NCBI GenBank assembly: GCA_964247055.1
Contig: OZ176051.1
Coordinates: forward strand, 12,710,001 to 12,774,000
Length of the DNA: 64,000 nucleotides
Source: Paragordius varius
Taxonomy: Eukaryota > Animalia > Nematomorpha
Direction: 5' to 3'
Shown here one piece after another: positions 40,409 to 55,184 of this stretch. Numbering within the stretch: the first letter of the stretch is position 1; each line of letters opens with the position of its first letter. Below the pieces are notes generated by a model, which saw nothing but the letters and a program-made list of their open reading frames with translations, was not told the origin of the DNA and did not search any database. Both the position numbers and the translations under genes were made by a program.

Positions 40409-41642
40409 AACTCCCATTAACACATCTAACATGAAGGCTTTTATTTATGTATGTAGATACTAACGGCAAACCCAACCTCCGATGTGTTTCCCCTCTCTGA
40501 AGCTCAATGCATAACGGGTAAATAGGGATTGCCTTGACGGCAGGTGGCCGACGATCTTCCGACGTTACACCCTTTACTTGTTTACAAAAGTGGTATTTCC
40601 TATATCACTCTTAAGGTCCGAAACTCAAAAGAATTATGTGGAATCCTGATTATGCTTTGTATATGGTTTATAAAAAAAATTTTGATAACCATTTTCGCCG
40701 CGTATTGAGACGAATTAACATACAGAGTCTCCACAAATATCCTGAAGAAATATATATATTCTGATGAGAAAAATAAGTAACATGATGTTTTTGGTTTTAC
40801 AAGTGTTGTGAGAAAGTTATTTACACTTTTGTATTAACTACTCTATATTAGAAAATGCAAAACTTGCCTATGTTAAACTAAATTTTTTGGTGAAGATGGA
40901 TCGGTTCATTCTAAAGAATTAGCATTAAAACATATAAAAAGCAAAACTATATTTTTTATAAATATTTAATTATCTGATGTAGGCATCGAAAGAACCAAGT
41001 TTTTTTGCACCTCTAAAATGGGCTTGTCCTACTAAAATAATCACAAAAATACCAAGAATGCCTGACAGAAAATTAACATATATGCTAAATTATGACATAA
41101 AAATTGTTTTCCCGAAAAATAGATTTTAATTTATATTAAAAATTTGTGGAGGCATACTTTAGCTGAACATATTCCTCATTGATTATCTTAAAATTTATGT
41201 TTATAAATTGTTATTTTTACATAACATCCAAATTTAGAAGCAAACAAACCTTAAAAATATTCTGAGGTTATAAAAATGTTTAGCATTCAATATAAAAGCA
41301 TTTTCGCATCTCAAACCTTATGCCTTACTGTCATGACTCAAACTAGTAGCGCATTTCAGAAAAAATTTGCTTTAAATTAAATTTTTAAGCAATTCCCGTT
41401 TTCGGTAAAAATATTGATGCAGTACCATTTGACAGTTAAACCTTTTAACGAGCAATCTTGGCATGATGTTTATTTTAGGAGAACTACAATTTAAAAGAGT
41501 AAAAAATTAGGGAATTCGGAGCCCACATTTTTACAAAAATATTGTAATGTAAAATTTTATAAATTTGCACTTCAAGGGTGTCGTTGAACACTTCAAGATG
41601 GTCCTACAACACTGGTCCTTAAAATTTTTGATTTATTTAAAA

Positions 41643-42696
41643 CTAGCGTGAATCTCATGCTTCTGGGGGGGGGAGTTCGAATGCTATACATATGATAGAT
41701 ACTCCTTACTCAGCATCTATCATCAAGGAAACGCTTGACTAAAATTTTTGCCTTTTAACAGGCAATACGAAAAATCTTTCTCGAATTTTTACAGTCTCAT
41801 ACCATGGGCAAAAAAATACAATCAAAAAAATATTTTTGTGGACTTTGTTTTTTTTTGAAAAAATGGCATTTTACGGGGGGAGCGGGTAAAAAGAGGGCCT
41901 AAATCAAAAAAGTGACTCGACTATGTTCGGCGCAATCGAAAATAAGTAAACAAAAATCATATTTGAAATTGAATGGTCCAACACGTTCTCCAAAAAATTG
42001 ACTTAACCCATTTTTCACACGGGGTGGGCCCAAACTGGGGACCTAATTCCAAAAAAGGGCGAAGCTATTGTCGGGGCATTCATTAATGATTAAATTTTTT
42101 CGATGTTTGGATTTGATTGGGTTCACCGGTTTTCCGGAAACAGATCACAAAGTTATATGAAAAATCAGTTTTTAGCGGGTAGCTCCTTACCCAGCAGCTA
42201 TCATCAAATAAACGGTAGACTAAAATTTTTGCCTTTTAACAGGGAATACGTGGAATCCATATAGAATTTTTACGGTCTCATACCTAGGGCGAAAAATCGA
42301 TTTAAAAAATTATTTTTGTGGACTTTGTTTTTTGAAAAAGGTGGCATTTTACGGGGGGAGCGGGTAAAAAGAGGGCCTAAATCAAAAAAGTGGCTCGGCT
42401 ATGTTCGGCGCAATCGAAAATAAGTAAACAATAATCATATTTGAAATTGAATGGTCCAACACGTTCTCCGGAAAATTGTCTCAAAGACACGATTTTTGTG
42501 GACTTCTGTTTTTTAAAAAAACCCGTTTTTCATACGGGGTGGGCCCGAACTGGGGGCCTATTTCAAAAAGGGCGAAGCTATTGTCGGGACATTTATTAAT
42601 GATTATATTTTTTCGATATTTGGATTTGATTGGGTCTACCGGTTTTCCTGTACCAGATCACAAAGCCAGCATTTTCCATTTTTATAAATATATAGA
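41643..42696 (-). mobile_element. 1054-bp family A Helitron with two tandem internal units
   Basis: A|TCTATATATTTATAAAAATGG at 42696; ends GAGATTCACG-CTAG|T at 41643; no TSD; reverse complement of the 1-1294 family. Confidence 0.85.
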
Positions 42697-45600
42697 TAAT
42701 ACTTATTTATAGCGCATAAGATTTTAATATAACATTTTATAACTTTTTCAATTATTTTCGCTTTAAATTATAATAATTAGTATTCCCATGCCTGTATATC
42801 ATATATTTCAAAAATGTTTATTCGAATCATGGCAAATTTAATTTATATAACATTGAAACCGAAATATAAAAAAATATTTATATATAATGCCATTTTTATG
42901 GACCTTAAGGTATAGTATAGCCAATATGATGTGATTAGCTAGATATAAAAAGGCACAATAGACCAAATCGTTTATGTTTTTGTTAAAATTATGAATAAAT
43001 TTAGCATTAATGTCAAAAAGCACGATATTTTGCAAAAATGTTTAATGAAAAGGCCTGTTTTAGAGGTATATTTTATTATATTTTGACTCATTTTTATAAT
43101 AGGATAGAAGCCAGATTTAAAGTTCATCGCTTTCAGTAGTTTTTATAATAAAATCATATCTAGGGTCATTAGCTGCTTAATTTTAAATTAAAGTTTTAAA
43201 TTTAAATAGGCCTATACGTTACCTGGAAAATTGCTTCACACTTTTTTCAGGGTTACGGATGAGATAAGGGAATGATAAAAATGGTTCAGTCAGTGATCAG
43301 AGGCGTGCCAAGACCTAAGCAGGCAGCTGTTGCCGACACATCCTCACTGGTTTATGGATCATCAGGGACCTCATCTTGAACATTAGCAAAGTGAATTTGC
43401 AACACCCTTTTTTAATTGCCGTACCTTTACCATCAAATTGTCTCACAACATTCTCCGGCGCCATTTTTCGAATAAGCTTCTTTCTTTCCCCTATCGCCCT
43501 AAGAACGTGAAAATTTTGCTTAAAATTTACGATGAACGGGTAGGCCTATACGCATGAAAGATTATTTTATGTTTAATACGTGCTCAGCGCTCTCGGTCAC
43601 TTTTTAGCCGCTGTAAAAGCAGGTTTTACGCAAAAAATTATATCTCCTAAAAATCATTAAAAGATTTGTAGCAAGCGTATGATAGAAACCGTTCATCTAA
43701 ATGCTAAGCGTTTTGATTAGGCGATAGATAAGCGTCCGCCATTTATAAATATACGCCTCGACACAAGATTATGGTAAACACATTTATCGGATTCTTTATA
43801 ACATTGTGCTTATACGTTCCCTTTATAACTATGATCATGATCGGAGATACTCTTTTGCCCATTAATAGCTCCATCATATGTGTAAAATATGATATAATAA
43901 AATTTTAAATACTTTGAGTAATCACAATGATGAAAGGGTAACCTATGGTTAAAGGCACACTGTTAATTTAAAATATATAAATTTTTATCCTGTTATCTCT
44001 TTTTAATTTTTGCCATTTTTTATTGGGCCGATTATGTATTATCTGTCAGATTAGTCACAGATATAAAAAGTAATTATTTGTAGATGAATGGTCTTACTAG
44101 CCCCTTTTTAATTTACCCCTATGTTTAACGTTCTTCCGTATTGAAAAATCTGGTCCTATTTTTTATAAGTGAATATAAATACTAATGGTCCTTAGCATTT
44201 TTCTTATGTCAGTAGAGATTTAGACTAACTCATTGTAATTGAAATTATTGTAGACCACCCGATAGAGAATACATATCTAATTGGAAAATAGATTCTATTA
44301 AAAAATTTCCAGACCTCCATATAATGTCATATTTGCCGATCATGGTGGAAGCGCTTTCAATATGCCCCTGTGGTATCCTTATCTATACATAATCATATAT
44401 GGTACAGTTAGTTATGATATCGTTATCTGATGTGAGAAATATATAAAATTAATCACTTTGTCACTACAATCATTTATCCACAGTTTTTAAAACGGAGGCT
44501 ATTGGTTTTGGAGTTAGCCCTTTGGTAATTTATGATCAAATTAACATACACTGTAAAATATTTTTTGTCAAAATAAAGACTCTATTTAAAATGTTTTTTT
44601 AAATTTTAAATCAAATTATTAAATCCTATAAACAAGTGTTGGCTAAAGTTTTGAATCTCATCTAAAATGGGCATAAAACGCAAAGAAGGCAAAATAATTT
44701 TTTATGCTAGATTAAAACATAAATTGTTTTATTCAAAACAATGGTAAAATATAAAAGCGTAATAATATTTTGATAAGGGTAACTGGATAAAAAAACTTTA
44801 AAAACTTTTATATTTTAATGCTGAATTTTTAAAATGTAATCATCATATTACAAATAAAAAAGCAGTGATTGTAAACTTCCTTATCCTTTGAGGTAGTTTT
44901 GTACCCCACTGCAATTTAGTCTTTTTAACAGGAATATTTAGGCTCATATTGGTTATATATAATAAATCCTATTCTCAAACTTTAAAGGTTGGTTGAAATA
45001 CATTCCACAAATAAAATCTGGTAGAAAATCGATATATGCTAATTAGATTTCAATAGTTTTAAATTAAAATATAATTTGAATTACTATATACTTTTAAATA
45101 TGATTCATATGATACCCGTTTGGGTTTAACATATTGAATATAATTTAGATAAAAATTTATGAAAATTATTATGGGGATTTTCTGAAGCCCTATTGTATTT
45201 TTGGATAGGAGTTTTAAACAAACAATAATAAATAAAACTATGTATACTAAAATATATAGCTTACAAAATACATGATATTATCATTATTAAGGCATGTGGC
45301 ATAATTAAAATGTTATATGTTTCTAATTAAACCGAACCGTAACGAAACTAAACGCTGTCTTCTGGGAAAAAACAATGTAAGAAAGCGTTTATTATATTAG
45401 CTATGTCTTTCAAATTTGTGACTTTTTCTACAAAACAATACATAAGAAATTAATTAACCTATATATACATTAAAGAAATATTATATAATTAAGAAATTAT
45501 TTTGAAATTATTATATTTATTTCCCATTCGAACAAGATTCATGAATTGCTGTTGGTTTTTAATTATATAGATATTTTAGATTTATGTTAATTTATTCGTG

Positions 45601-45800
45601 GTGTGTGATGAATTAACTATAAATTCACCTGTCACCAAATATTATAATTTTATACTGCATTAACCTAATCAGAAAGAACTTCCCTTTTTTCAGGTATTTT
45701 TATATAGATATGATATCTAATCAGAAAATATGTTAATGAATTTGATCACAATATATATTTAATTATATTGTATATATGCATGATGATAAATGCTATTTAA

Positions 45801-46328
45801 CATTTGGCAACAATACATTCATTTCAGTCCTTCGATTCAAATTGGGGTAGCTGGATACCTGAGGCCTAAATTAAATACCATGGAAGTAATAACTATGGCA
45901 AAAGTTTGCACTTACATAAAATTGATGACCGAATAATAAACATTTAATTAAATAACCTTGAATATTACTTATTTTATGGTTAAACCGAACGTAAAATTAA
46001 GCCAACATGACATATGTGCATTAGATAAATATATAAATAATGCATAATATTTTTTATGAATTTTGGATATATTTTATAAAAATTATTTAATTTTAGCCTT
46101 AGAATCAAGTTAAGATATTTTGCAAAAATGTTGTAAAAGAAAAATGGCGTCGAAGTAGTTTGATATGGAACATTTTTTTAAAAAAACTATATTTTATTTG
46201 AATATTTCGAGACTTATTTATATAATTTTTATAGAAGCATTAAATTGGGACTGCTTCAGTATTTTTTTAAATAATATCAACTTAAATATATGGAATATAT
46301 TATTATCCCAATTTGAATCTTCGAAGTG
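45801..46328. mobile_element. TTAA-flanked MITE, diverged copy of 10332-10904
   Basis: TTAA|CATTTGG...AGTCCTTCGATTCAAATTGGGGTAGC...CGAAGTG|TTAA. Confidence 0.75.
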
Positions 46329-48861
46329 TTAAATAAAAACTATTATTGGCAAACTCTATTTCTAAAATTTTGCTTGGCCCTTACATTAGGAGTATTCAAT
46401 TGATCGAATCGCCTTGTTGTTTCGCAATATTATATATAATTTTTAGGTTTAGTTTATTTTTTTCAATCTATATCGGTAACTTTTGTTTAATTTGTTATTT
46501 TTTATGATAAGCCTTACACTTCAAGAATATAAAATATGTTAAATTTTAAGGCTTGTCTGGCGAAAATATCGAATTTGCTTCCATATTATTCGATAAATAT
46601 CTTATTTATATTTTTCTAACTAGATGCCCCCTATCTATCTCTGCTACTTGGTCGAAACCAATATTACTGAATAATATATAATATGTTTTTTTTAAGAATA
46701 CAAAAAATTATTAGTCCAGCAATAAACGTTTTTTTGTTTATCAGCGGCATATATAATATGGGGTAGGGTGTTCTCACGAACTTAAATAGGTGATTGATTA
46801 TTTTACGGAAAATACAAAACCTAAATTCATATAGACTAATATTTTTGAATCGGATTATTATTTTATGGCGATGTATTTTACAGAGGGTATAGATACCAAC
46901 AAGTTACGCCGACAAAAATGGTTGCTTTTATATAGTAAATACCTAAACCCCATTTCAATTTATGTGGTCTAATAATGAACCAAAATATCATACCTTTAAA
47001 TCTGGTTATCTATGGTGGGGCATTTAACCGAGATGCCTAGCACATATCAAAATATTTACCTTTATGTAGGAATTTTTAAAATATTAGTAGTAAATCCAAA
47101 ATGTCTGCTTTAGAGCCCTACCCATTGGTACAAAAAAGCGCTTAAGTAAATTTTTTACCATTATATTGGAAGTGAAAAAACTTATTCATATGGTCTCTAA
47201 AAGTTAAAAAGCTTGCTTCTAACTTAAAAAAGCTAAGGATAATTCTGCTTTATAAGTAACTATATATTTTGTATAGTTTCACAACTTGGACGACAAAAAT
47301 TTAATTTAGGGACTAATGTGTGTTTTTTCAAAAAAGTATTTTAGAGGGAATGATTTGCCCCGACTATGTTCGGGGCATCTTTGTAAAAACTAAAAAATAA
47401 ACGATATGAATTTCGGACAGACCTGCACGCTAAAAACGATTTGAAAAATACTTGAAAACTTATATTTTTTGCGATTCGCGGATTAATTGATGTGCTAAAT
47501 CAAATTAACATCGGCGCATTTTTTTACCTTTAATTGAATATACAAGTTTTTTGGCAAAAATCAAACATTCTACATTAATATATACCATTTTCAATTCAAA
47601 TTCACCCTTGAACAATTTAAATTGCTTAAAGTAAATTATTTTTTTCGGACAAATGAAATATATTATATCTTAGTTTATTATTTTTTCCATATTATTTTTA
47701 AAACAAAATTTCTATTTTAAAAATATAAAAAAATTTAATAATATTTAATCTTAAAAAACAGATAATTTATTTTAGGGCGAATTCGAATTAGTGTGTATTT
47801 GAATTGTTAAAGTGTGAATTTGAATTGAAGAGTGAATTTGAATTGTTAAAGGTGAATTTATAAATGATATATAAACCTGTGTCTCATTCATCCTAAGACT
47901 TATCGATGACTAATAAATTGATTATACATTTTTTCTGCTATAAACTGTTAAATTAGTATAAATCATTCAATCATATAAAAATTAAAACGCTTTAAATCAT
48001 TGGTTAGCCATTCCACTATATTTTAATCGGTTTTTATTAAATAAATCAAAAACCAGAGAAATCTTATATTTGCCTAACTTCACATAATAAGGATTTTTAC
48101 GGATTGTAAAAGGCTTTCTAAATGATATACTTCCAAAGACCCGACTATAACTAATTATAAATGATAAAAAATTTATTATTGGCTTACATATGCCAACCGG
48201 AAAATTATTTTGAATACACGATTTTGAACTCTTAATTTTTAAAAACTCCTATTTAGGGAGTTAAACCAAATTGGAAAAAATGAATAATCTTAGCGCATTA
48301 TAAATATTAATGAATTTATATATTTTTTGTGAAAATGTTTAATTATAAATTATGGATTTAGTATTTTTAATATTGTAATTTAATATGGATTTTAAAAAAA
48401 AAATACATTCTCCTTAATGATGAAATTGCACAAATGGTTTTATTGCCTTTAATATTACGAGATAATTTATAAGAATTATATTATATATGTGTGTATGAAG
48501 AAAATTTCACTATTTTGTAAATGAATTGACCTTAAAAATTGATTTATGAACTATATTGACAGAGACAATAGTAATTTTATAACTTTTTAATGAACATTTT
48601 TATTTAAATTGCTATATAACAATTATAACAATTATTAATATTTAAATAATTTCTACTATTTTATACTAAACATGTCGTATTAAATTTATATGTTTTAAAT
48701 ATAAAAATAAAATTTTATACATTTATACACATATAAAATTATTTTGCATATGAAAAAATATATTTGCATTTTACAGAATGAGAATCTCATACTTTTTAAC
48801 ATGAGACAAAAGGTAATACAGGTATACCGAGAGCAGAGTGAATTAATTATAATAATTATAA

Positions 48862-48898
<37 letters not shown>

Positions 48899-49181
48899 TA
48901 AGTTAAAAAAAATATATCGAATGATATCAGGTAAGGCATGCTCGCATGCATCAATGTTTTCTGATTATTCATTTTGTAATTGCATTCACAAACAAAATGT
49001 TATGTATAAATTATCTACTAGAATATCTCGCATTATATCTGCAAATATTACTTAATCTCTTATTATATGCATAATACACCGGATAAATATAGAAGTTTAA
49101 GCTTTTATTGTCTTTTCGGTAAACTTACATGAACTGATATCTTATTTTCGACATAAAAAAATATATTTTTTTGATACAAAT

Positions 49182-52100
49182 ATGGTTATAGACTCGTCAT
49201 CGCTTTTAAATTATCCAACCATCAATGGTGCCATCAACGGCAATGTTGATGTTCATGATTTCTCCCTTAAAATTCTGAAAGGAAGGTTGAAAAATGGATT
49301 TGAACAAACGAAAAAAAATGATTTCCTGAATGGTAGACATTATACTGATAAAAATGGCGATATTAAAGTTGCTAAATTTAATGGCCATATACAAAACGGT
49401 AATGGTGTGGAATGTTCATTTTCACATTTAAGCGAGCAACGAAATCAAAATTCAATCAACCATAAGACAATTATTGAGGCCGATGTTAAAAAATCTGTCC
49501 CAAATTTATCAATTTCACCCAATTCAATGCAAATGAAATTTCAACAAATACTCCAAGATGTTTATCACAAAAATAGTGCTGATGCTGTAATTAACGAAAA
49601 TGGATTAACTACTACTGCGCCTTTGAACAATATAGTTAAAAAGCATAATACTAATAGGGTACCTATGCCCTTCACGAATTCAAAAGATGAAATTAAGGAG
49701 GAAAGTATGGATGACACTTCACCAATATTATTACCCAAAAATTTGAGTTCCTTTTCGCCGACCATATTTTCCAACTTTAATTCCAATTCAAAGGATACAG
49801 TTCAAAAAACAAATGGCAGCCCTATTGATTACAAGCTTACTAATGGTCACCATCTTGTAACATCTGCATCGCCGATAAAACAACAATTAGACGAAATGGG
49901 CATTGGTTTAAAATCCGTAAATGGCATGAAAATTGGCCATTATATAACTCAAACCTCACAATCGCACATAAATTTGCCAAGCCTGTTCTCGCCTAAGATG
50001 GGGGAATCAAATATATCCATATCTTCTCTCAAAGATTTTCATAATAATATGCGTACACCATCACCAAAGCAATCGTCTGACTTAACTGGCAATCACATTA
50101 GTGTTAATAATAAAAATAATTTCTTATTGTCGCAACATAAAAGCACAGCATATAAAAGTGTAAAAGGAGAAAATGGTCCTGACGTTAGGACAACCGCCAA
50201 AACTAATCCGACAGTGGCAAATAGTTGGAAGCCTAAGTTTCACATTTCCTCCAAATTACAAGAGAGAATTATGGAAGCTAATAAAGGTCTTCAGCAAGAA
50301 CCTGAAAATCAAACTACTTTAAAAATGGACACTTTGCAAAAATTATCTCCCATTACCACCAGCAATGAACTTAATAGAATAAATATTACGGGCACGCGAT
50401 TAAACTCATCTGTCAGCCTATCCAAATTTTTGCTTGATAACAAAATTAACTCAAATAAAATTGTCCTCCCTTCTAATAATTTCAATTCTAAATCTCAGTA
50501 TTCAAAAACTTGTAATACCTCAAAAGATGAAGAAAATACTACAGATAAGGGACAATCACAACAATTACAGGATGATTTGGTCAATAAGCTTTCTTCATTG
50601 GATACAACAAATGTTCATGATTTCAATAACATGGCCCAATTACATAACGATAATAAAAATACGAAAGTTGACCATATAGAAAATCTATTTAAAAATGGAC
50701 CCACACAAAACACTACAGATAAAAAGGGTCTAAATTGTTATAAATCTCGGTTGGATAATCGATACTTTAAATCAAACAATTTCTTGACACAATCTAGTAT
50801 TACAGATTTGGATGATATGAATTTACAATATTCCACTTATCATCATAACAATCAAACGAATTTTACCAAACCTCATGAACCTAATGTTGAAAGGTATTTA
50901 TTGTCTTGTATTTATAAAAATAATTTGATCCAATAACGTTTCATAAGTATGACTGAATCTCTTTGAACTTACCAGGAATCTCAAATTTAGATTAGTAGAT
51001 TAATGTTAGAAATTAATAGTTCAGAAGGATTTAATTGTTAAACTACGCTACAAGATTTTTTAAATTTCGTTTTCCGGGTAATTGATTAATTTCATGGCAT
51101 TGTACACCAAATCACAAATACCACTATTTTTATATTTAAAAAAAATGGAAAATATATAACGTTAATTTTTGGCGAAATTGTTCGAAAAAATTTGTTATAC
51201 CAAAAAAATTTGAGTAAGTAAAGTATAAACTATAAATTTTGTATCAAAATTTTCCTCGTACAAATATATTTCATTTTGGATATAAGCCTTATAAAGGGTC
51301 TGCCTCTGTTTTTAAAAGTTTATCTATTATTTCTATGGCGTTAACTTCTTACACCTATGAATATTCCTGAAAAGTTAAGTTTAAGCTGATTAAAACTCAA
51401 ACTGCCCCCCTAAAGTGCTTTACAACTGGCCCTGTATTATTTATTAAATTTTTTCATGGACTTATTTAGAATATAAGCATCTACAAATGTGTCAAACAGC
51501 TTTAATATTTAAAAATTATATGGGTATTATAATTAAATTTTCTGCTCGAATACATATTTATGCCGTTTTTTACAAGATGTCAAATTTTTATAATTATCAA
51601 ATTAACCAAGTATTTTTTGGCAGACTTAACGAAATGTCTAAAATTAGTTTAATCTGTTCTCATAAGTGTTAATTTAATTACTTGAAGTTATGAATATAAA
51701 AGGCTCACATGTAATTTTTTCAGCTATTTCATAACCGTAATTTTTAAAATTAAATTGTAATAATTAAATACAGAAAGTTATATTGCATGCATAAATGATC
51801 AAAGAAAAAAAATATTTTGTTTAAAATGACATAATAATTAAAATTAAGTGTATTATTTTGATTCAACATATTTTTTAAATATCCAAAACTTTAACCAACA
51901 ACAAACAGCAAATATTCGAAATGATGTAAGATATGAATATTTATAATTATGTTATATTTTAATAAAATTTGGGCATATATTGAGCTATTTGTTAAAAATT
52001 AGTCAAATAAAATAAAAATTATATAAAATAAAGTATAATTGGAGGAGGAATAATACGAATTAAGACAATTCGATAAGTCTTATACAGTAAATACTAAAAT

Positions 52101-55100
52101 TGCACACAAATTTCAAAAGACAAATATACTTTTTTAATCTTACAAAATCATTTATTTACAATAAGGAAATACATAATGGATTTTGCTACCAATTTACATC
52201 TCTATTTTATATTTTAAAACAATTAGTTATAATTGTTTTAAAATTTTAAAAGTATAGTTGTGTTTTGGAAAAATATTTGTTTTTATATTTTTAAGTTTTA
52301 TCCGTATAACTTCAATTTTTACTGTATTTAACTCAAAACCAAAAATTGAATTAAATTTCCGTAGAAATGATGAATTTTTAGCATCAGAAAATTAAAATTT
52401 AAATGAAATTGGAAACCTTTCGTCAATAGTTGCAGATTTACCCCGAATATTAGCACTTATCACTACAATACAATTATTTGACTTGGTTTTCAAGGAGATT
52501 TCGTAAAAATATTCAACTTTAAAGTTTTGTGGAGTATATAGAACGAGGTTAAACTAAAAATATGGGATAAACACCAGGTTACACCCTACATTTTAAATAT
52601 AGCTATTTCGGGATTTATTTGATAATTAGAACATAAACAGCACTTCGGGATTTTGATAATGCTTTTCTGGGCCTTAGTCATTTTAGAAGGATATTTCCAC
52701 TTTAATGAAAATTGCTCCATGTTAAAAATTTAAAATTAGCGCATATTATGAAATTTTATTGGTGGAAAAAAGCTTCACACCAAATTTTTTTGAGTAAAAA
52801 TATTTAAAAGTAAAATGAAATAATAATTAAAATAAACTTATATTTTTATATATGATCTCCTAAGATCTCATTCTTCGCTAAATTAAGTATATTTTAAAAT
52901 AAACGCAAAACAGCCGAAATCACAAAATTATTAGAAATGGTATATTTATCCGAAATCCTTTTTTTAAAAAAAATTTCCTTACTTTAAAATTTTAGCCTGT
53001 TTTGAAGGATGTTAACGGTATAAAAATATTTTAAGACGAAATTCGATGATGCTGAAAATTTTTATGACCTCAATACCTTGATTGAATATTCATTCGTTTT
53101 AGGTAAATTTTTTGTGAATATTATAACTTGGATTTGTTTAAATCTTATTTTTATTAGTCTAACATTTTAAATATTAAGCCTATTCTATTGTCTTTTGAAT
53201 TAATCAACTTTGCAAACAAGATGCTAATAATCTTAATTAAATGCAATGGAACCCCCATTTTTTCTTTTTTTCATGCAACAAAATTTTAAAACTACATATT
53301 TAACTTAAATTTATTTTAACAAAGGTATGTATATATTCCTTAAAGTACCAAGTTAACTCTTTTTATTAGAAAATTTAAATGTTTAGTTTAATTATATATT
53401 TTATAATATTTTTACTTCAGAAATTAAAGTAGGTGGTTATAAATATTTTTAATCAATTCAAAGTTGTGCGAGGAAATCCTCCTATGCACATTGTTCATAA
53501 CCTAACAATGTAATTTATGTACTGATAGAACTTATAATTATATAATTTTGATTGATTTTATTATTAAGGTGTACTCCTTCAGTTTTCATGATACCTGAAT
53601 ATTAGTTTATATTGTTCTCGGTTTATATGACCTAAAAAAATGTGTTTTAAAGTTAAACAATAAATAAAGTTGTATTTTTCAATAATACTTAATTAAGATT
53701 TAAACTATCTCCTATGTAATTAAATAAAATATAATTCTATTGTTATAAGGCAAAAAACGAATTTATCATCTTATTTTTCAGTAAATACCTGTTGCACTTT
53801 GATCCGACTTTATAATTTATTTGATGTTTAATTATTTTTTTGTTGCTTCCGATTATAAAATATAGCTTCTTAAACTACTGCATGTTAATAAGTTAAAAAC
53901 ATTAATAAAATTATACAATGTAAAAAATTATGTAACATACATATAATTTAATGTCGCGTATGTCAACTGTAGCGTACTCTATGATTTACCAACCATTATT
54001 GTTTATACTATGTGTCGGAAATATTAAGAGTTAGCTGATAAAAATAAATTTTTGATAATCAAATCTTAATTAAATTTTAACGTTCTAATAACAGGTTTCT
54101 ACAATTTTTTAAAGATTGATTCAAGTCGTGATTAATTTATGAATAATCCAATTAATAAGCACAGTGCTCACAAAAAATATGATGAAATGTTGTTATCTGA
54201 CAGAAAATTCATTAGGATTTTATAGTGCTTTTGGTTTTGGGCCTTGCGATTTAAGAAAGTTTTTATAACTTCCGTATCTCCATATCAAAAAATGGTGATT
54301 GCACGCATGCCAAATAAAAGTTTTTTGGTAAAAATGTTTTATTCCCAAAAAATATTATTAACATAACTATGTAAAAGACCACAATTTATTTAGAAAGTTT
54401 TATAATTAGATGGCGGTTCTGGAATAATATAAAACCAAATGTCTAGTAACCACAATAATAATCTAAATATGTTGGTTTATAACAGGGGTGTCCGACACAA
54501 AGGGTTTAAAGAGGCACCTTTTCGACCTCAAAATTCCAAAGAGCCACTTTTTATTTATATATATATATATATATAGACCATTGGTAACAAATAAATTTAT
54601 TATATTAACATATAAATGTGCTAATTTTTATATCATAAAAAATATAAACAGTATAAATATAAAATGTGCTAATTAAATTATATCAATGTGTATAAAAAAG
54701 ATAAAAATACATGGATATGGTAAGCTTATTGCAATTCAATAGTATGACTAGAGTAGACTGTGAATTTAATCGCCAAAATGTAACCTTATTTATTCAGACA
54801 GCGAGTTTATCAAGAGTTACGTACATGAAATTATAAAATGTGTTTTAAGTATTTCGCGCGATACAAGATCACGATGAATCAAGCAATGAACTTGTCTTAA
54901 AAGAAAGTACATAAAAGCACATATATCCTCAATTGATAGTCTCTACAAAATTAATGTTACCTACTTAAAGGGACATGATATTCATGCAATTTGAAATGTA
55001 TCGAGTTAAATATGAGCGTGTCTTGTTTGATAACATCCTATGCTTCAAAGCATGAGATATTATAAAATTAACTACTTTAATAACAACGGTCGTCCATTGT

Positions 55101-55143
55101 CAGAGCATGTGCGTAGAGATTTTCACGGTGAATCATGCAATGC

Positions 55144-55184
<41 letters not shown>

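Noticed and set aside
40761-40800. CTGATGAG hammerhead-like core near the Penelope relic
   Set aside because: No flanking stems or correctly placed GAAA could be built.
44100-44420. RT-like fragment (RIPQG...IRYV) on the - strand
   Set aside because: Too short and too degenerate to support without a profile search.
47348-47380. Perfect hairpin TGCCCCGA-CTATGT-TCGGGGCA as a possible ncRNA or terminator
   Set aside because: It shares GACTATGTTCGG with the Helitron internal repeat and lies among fragments of that family.
48744-49055. 103-aa ORF as the first neurabin exon
   Set aside because: It runs through a (TA)n tract, and its donors are not phase-compatible with the acceptor at 49191.
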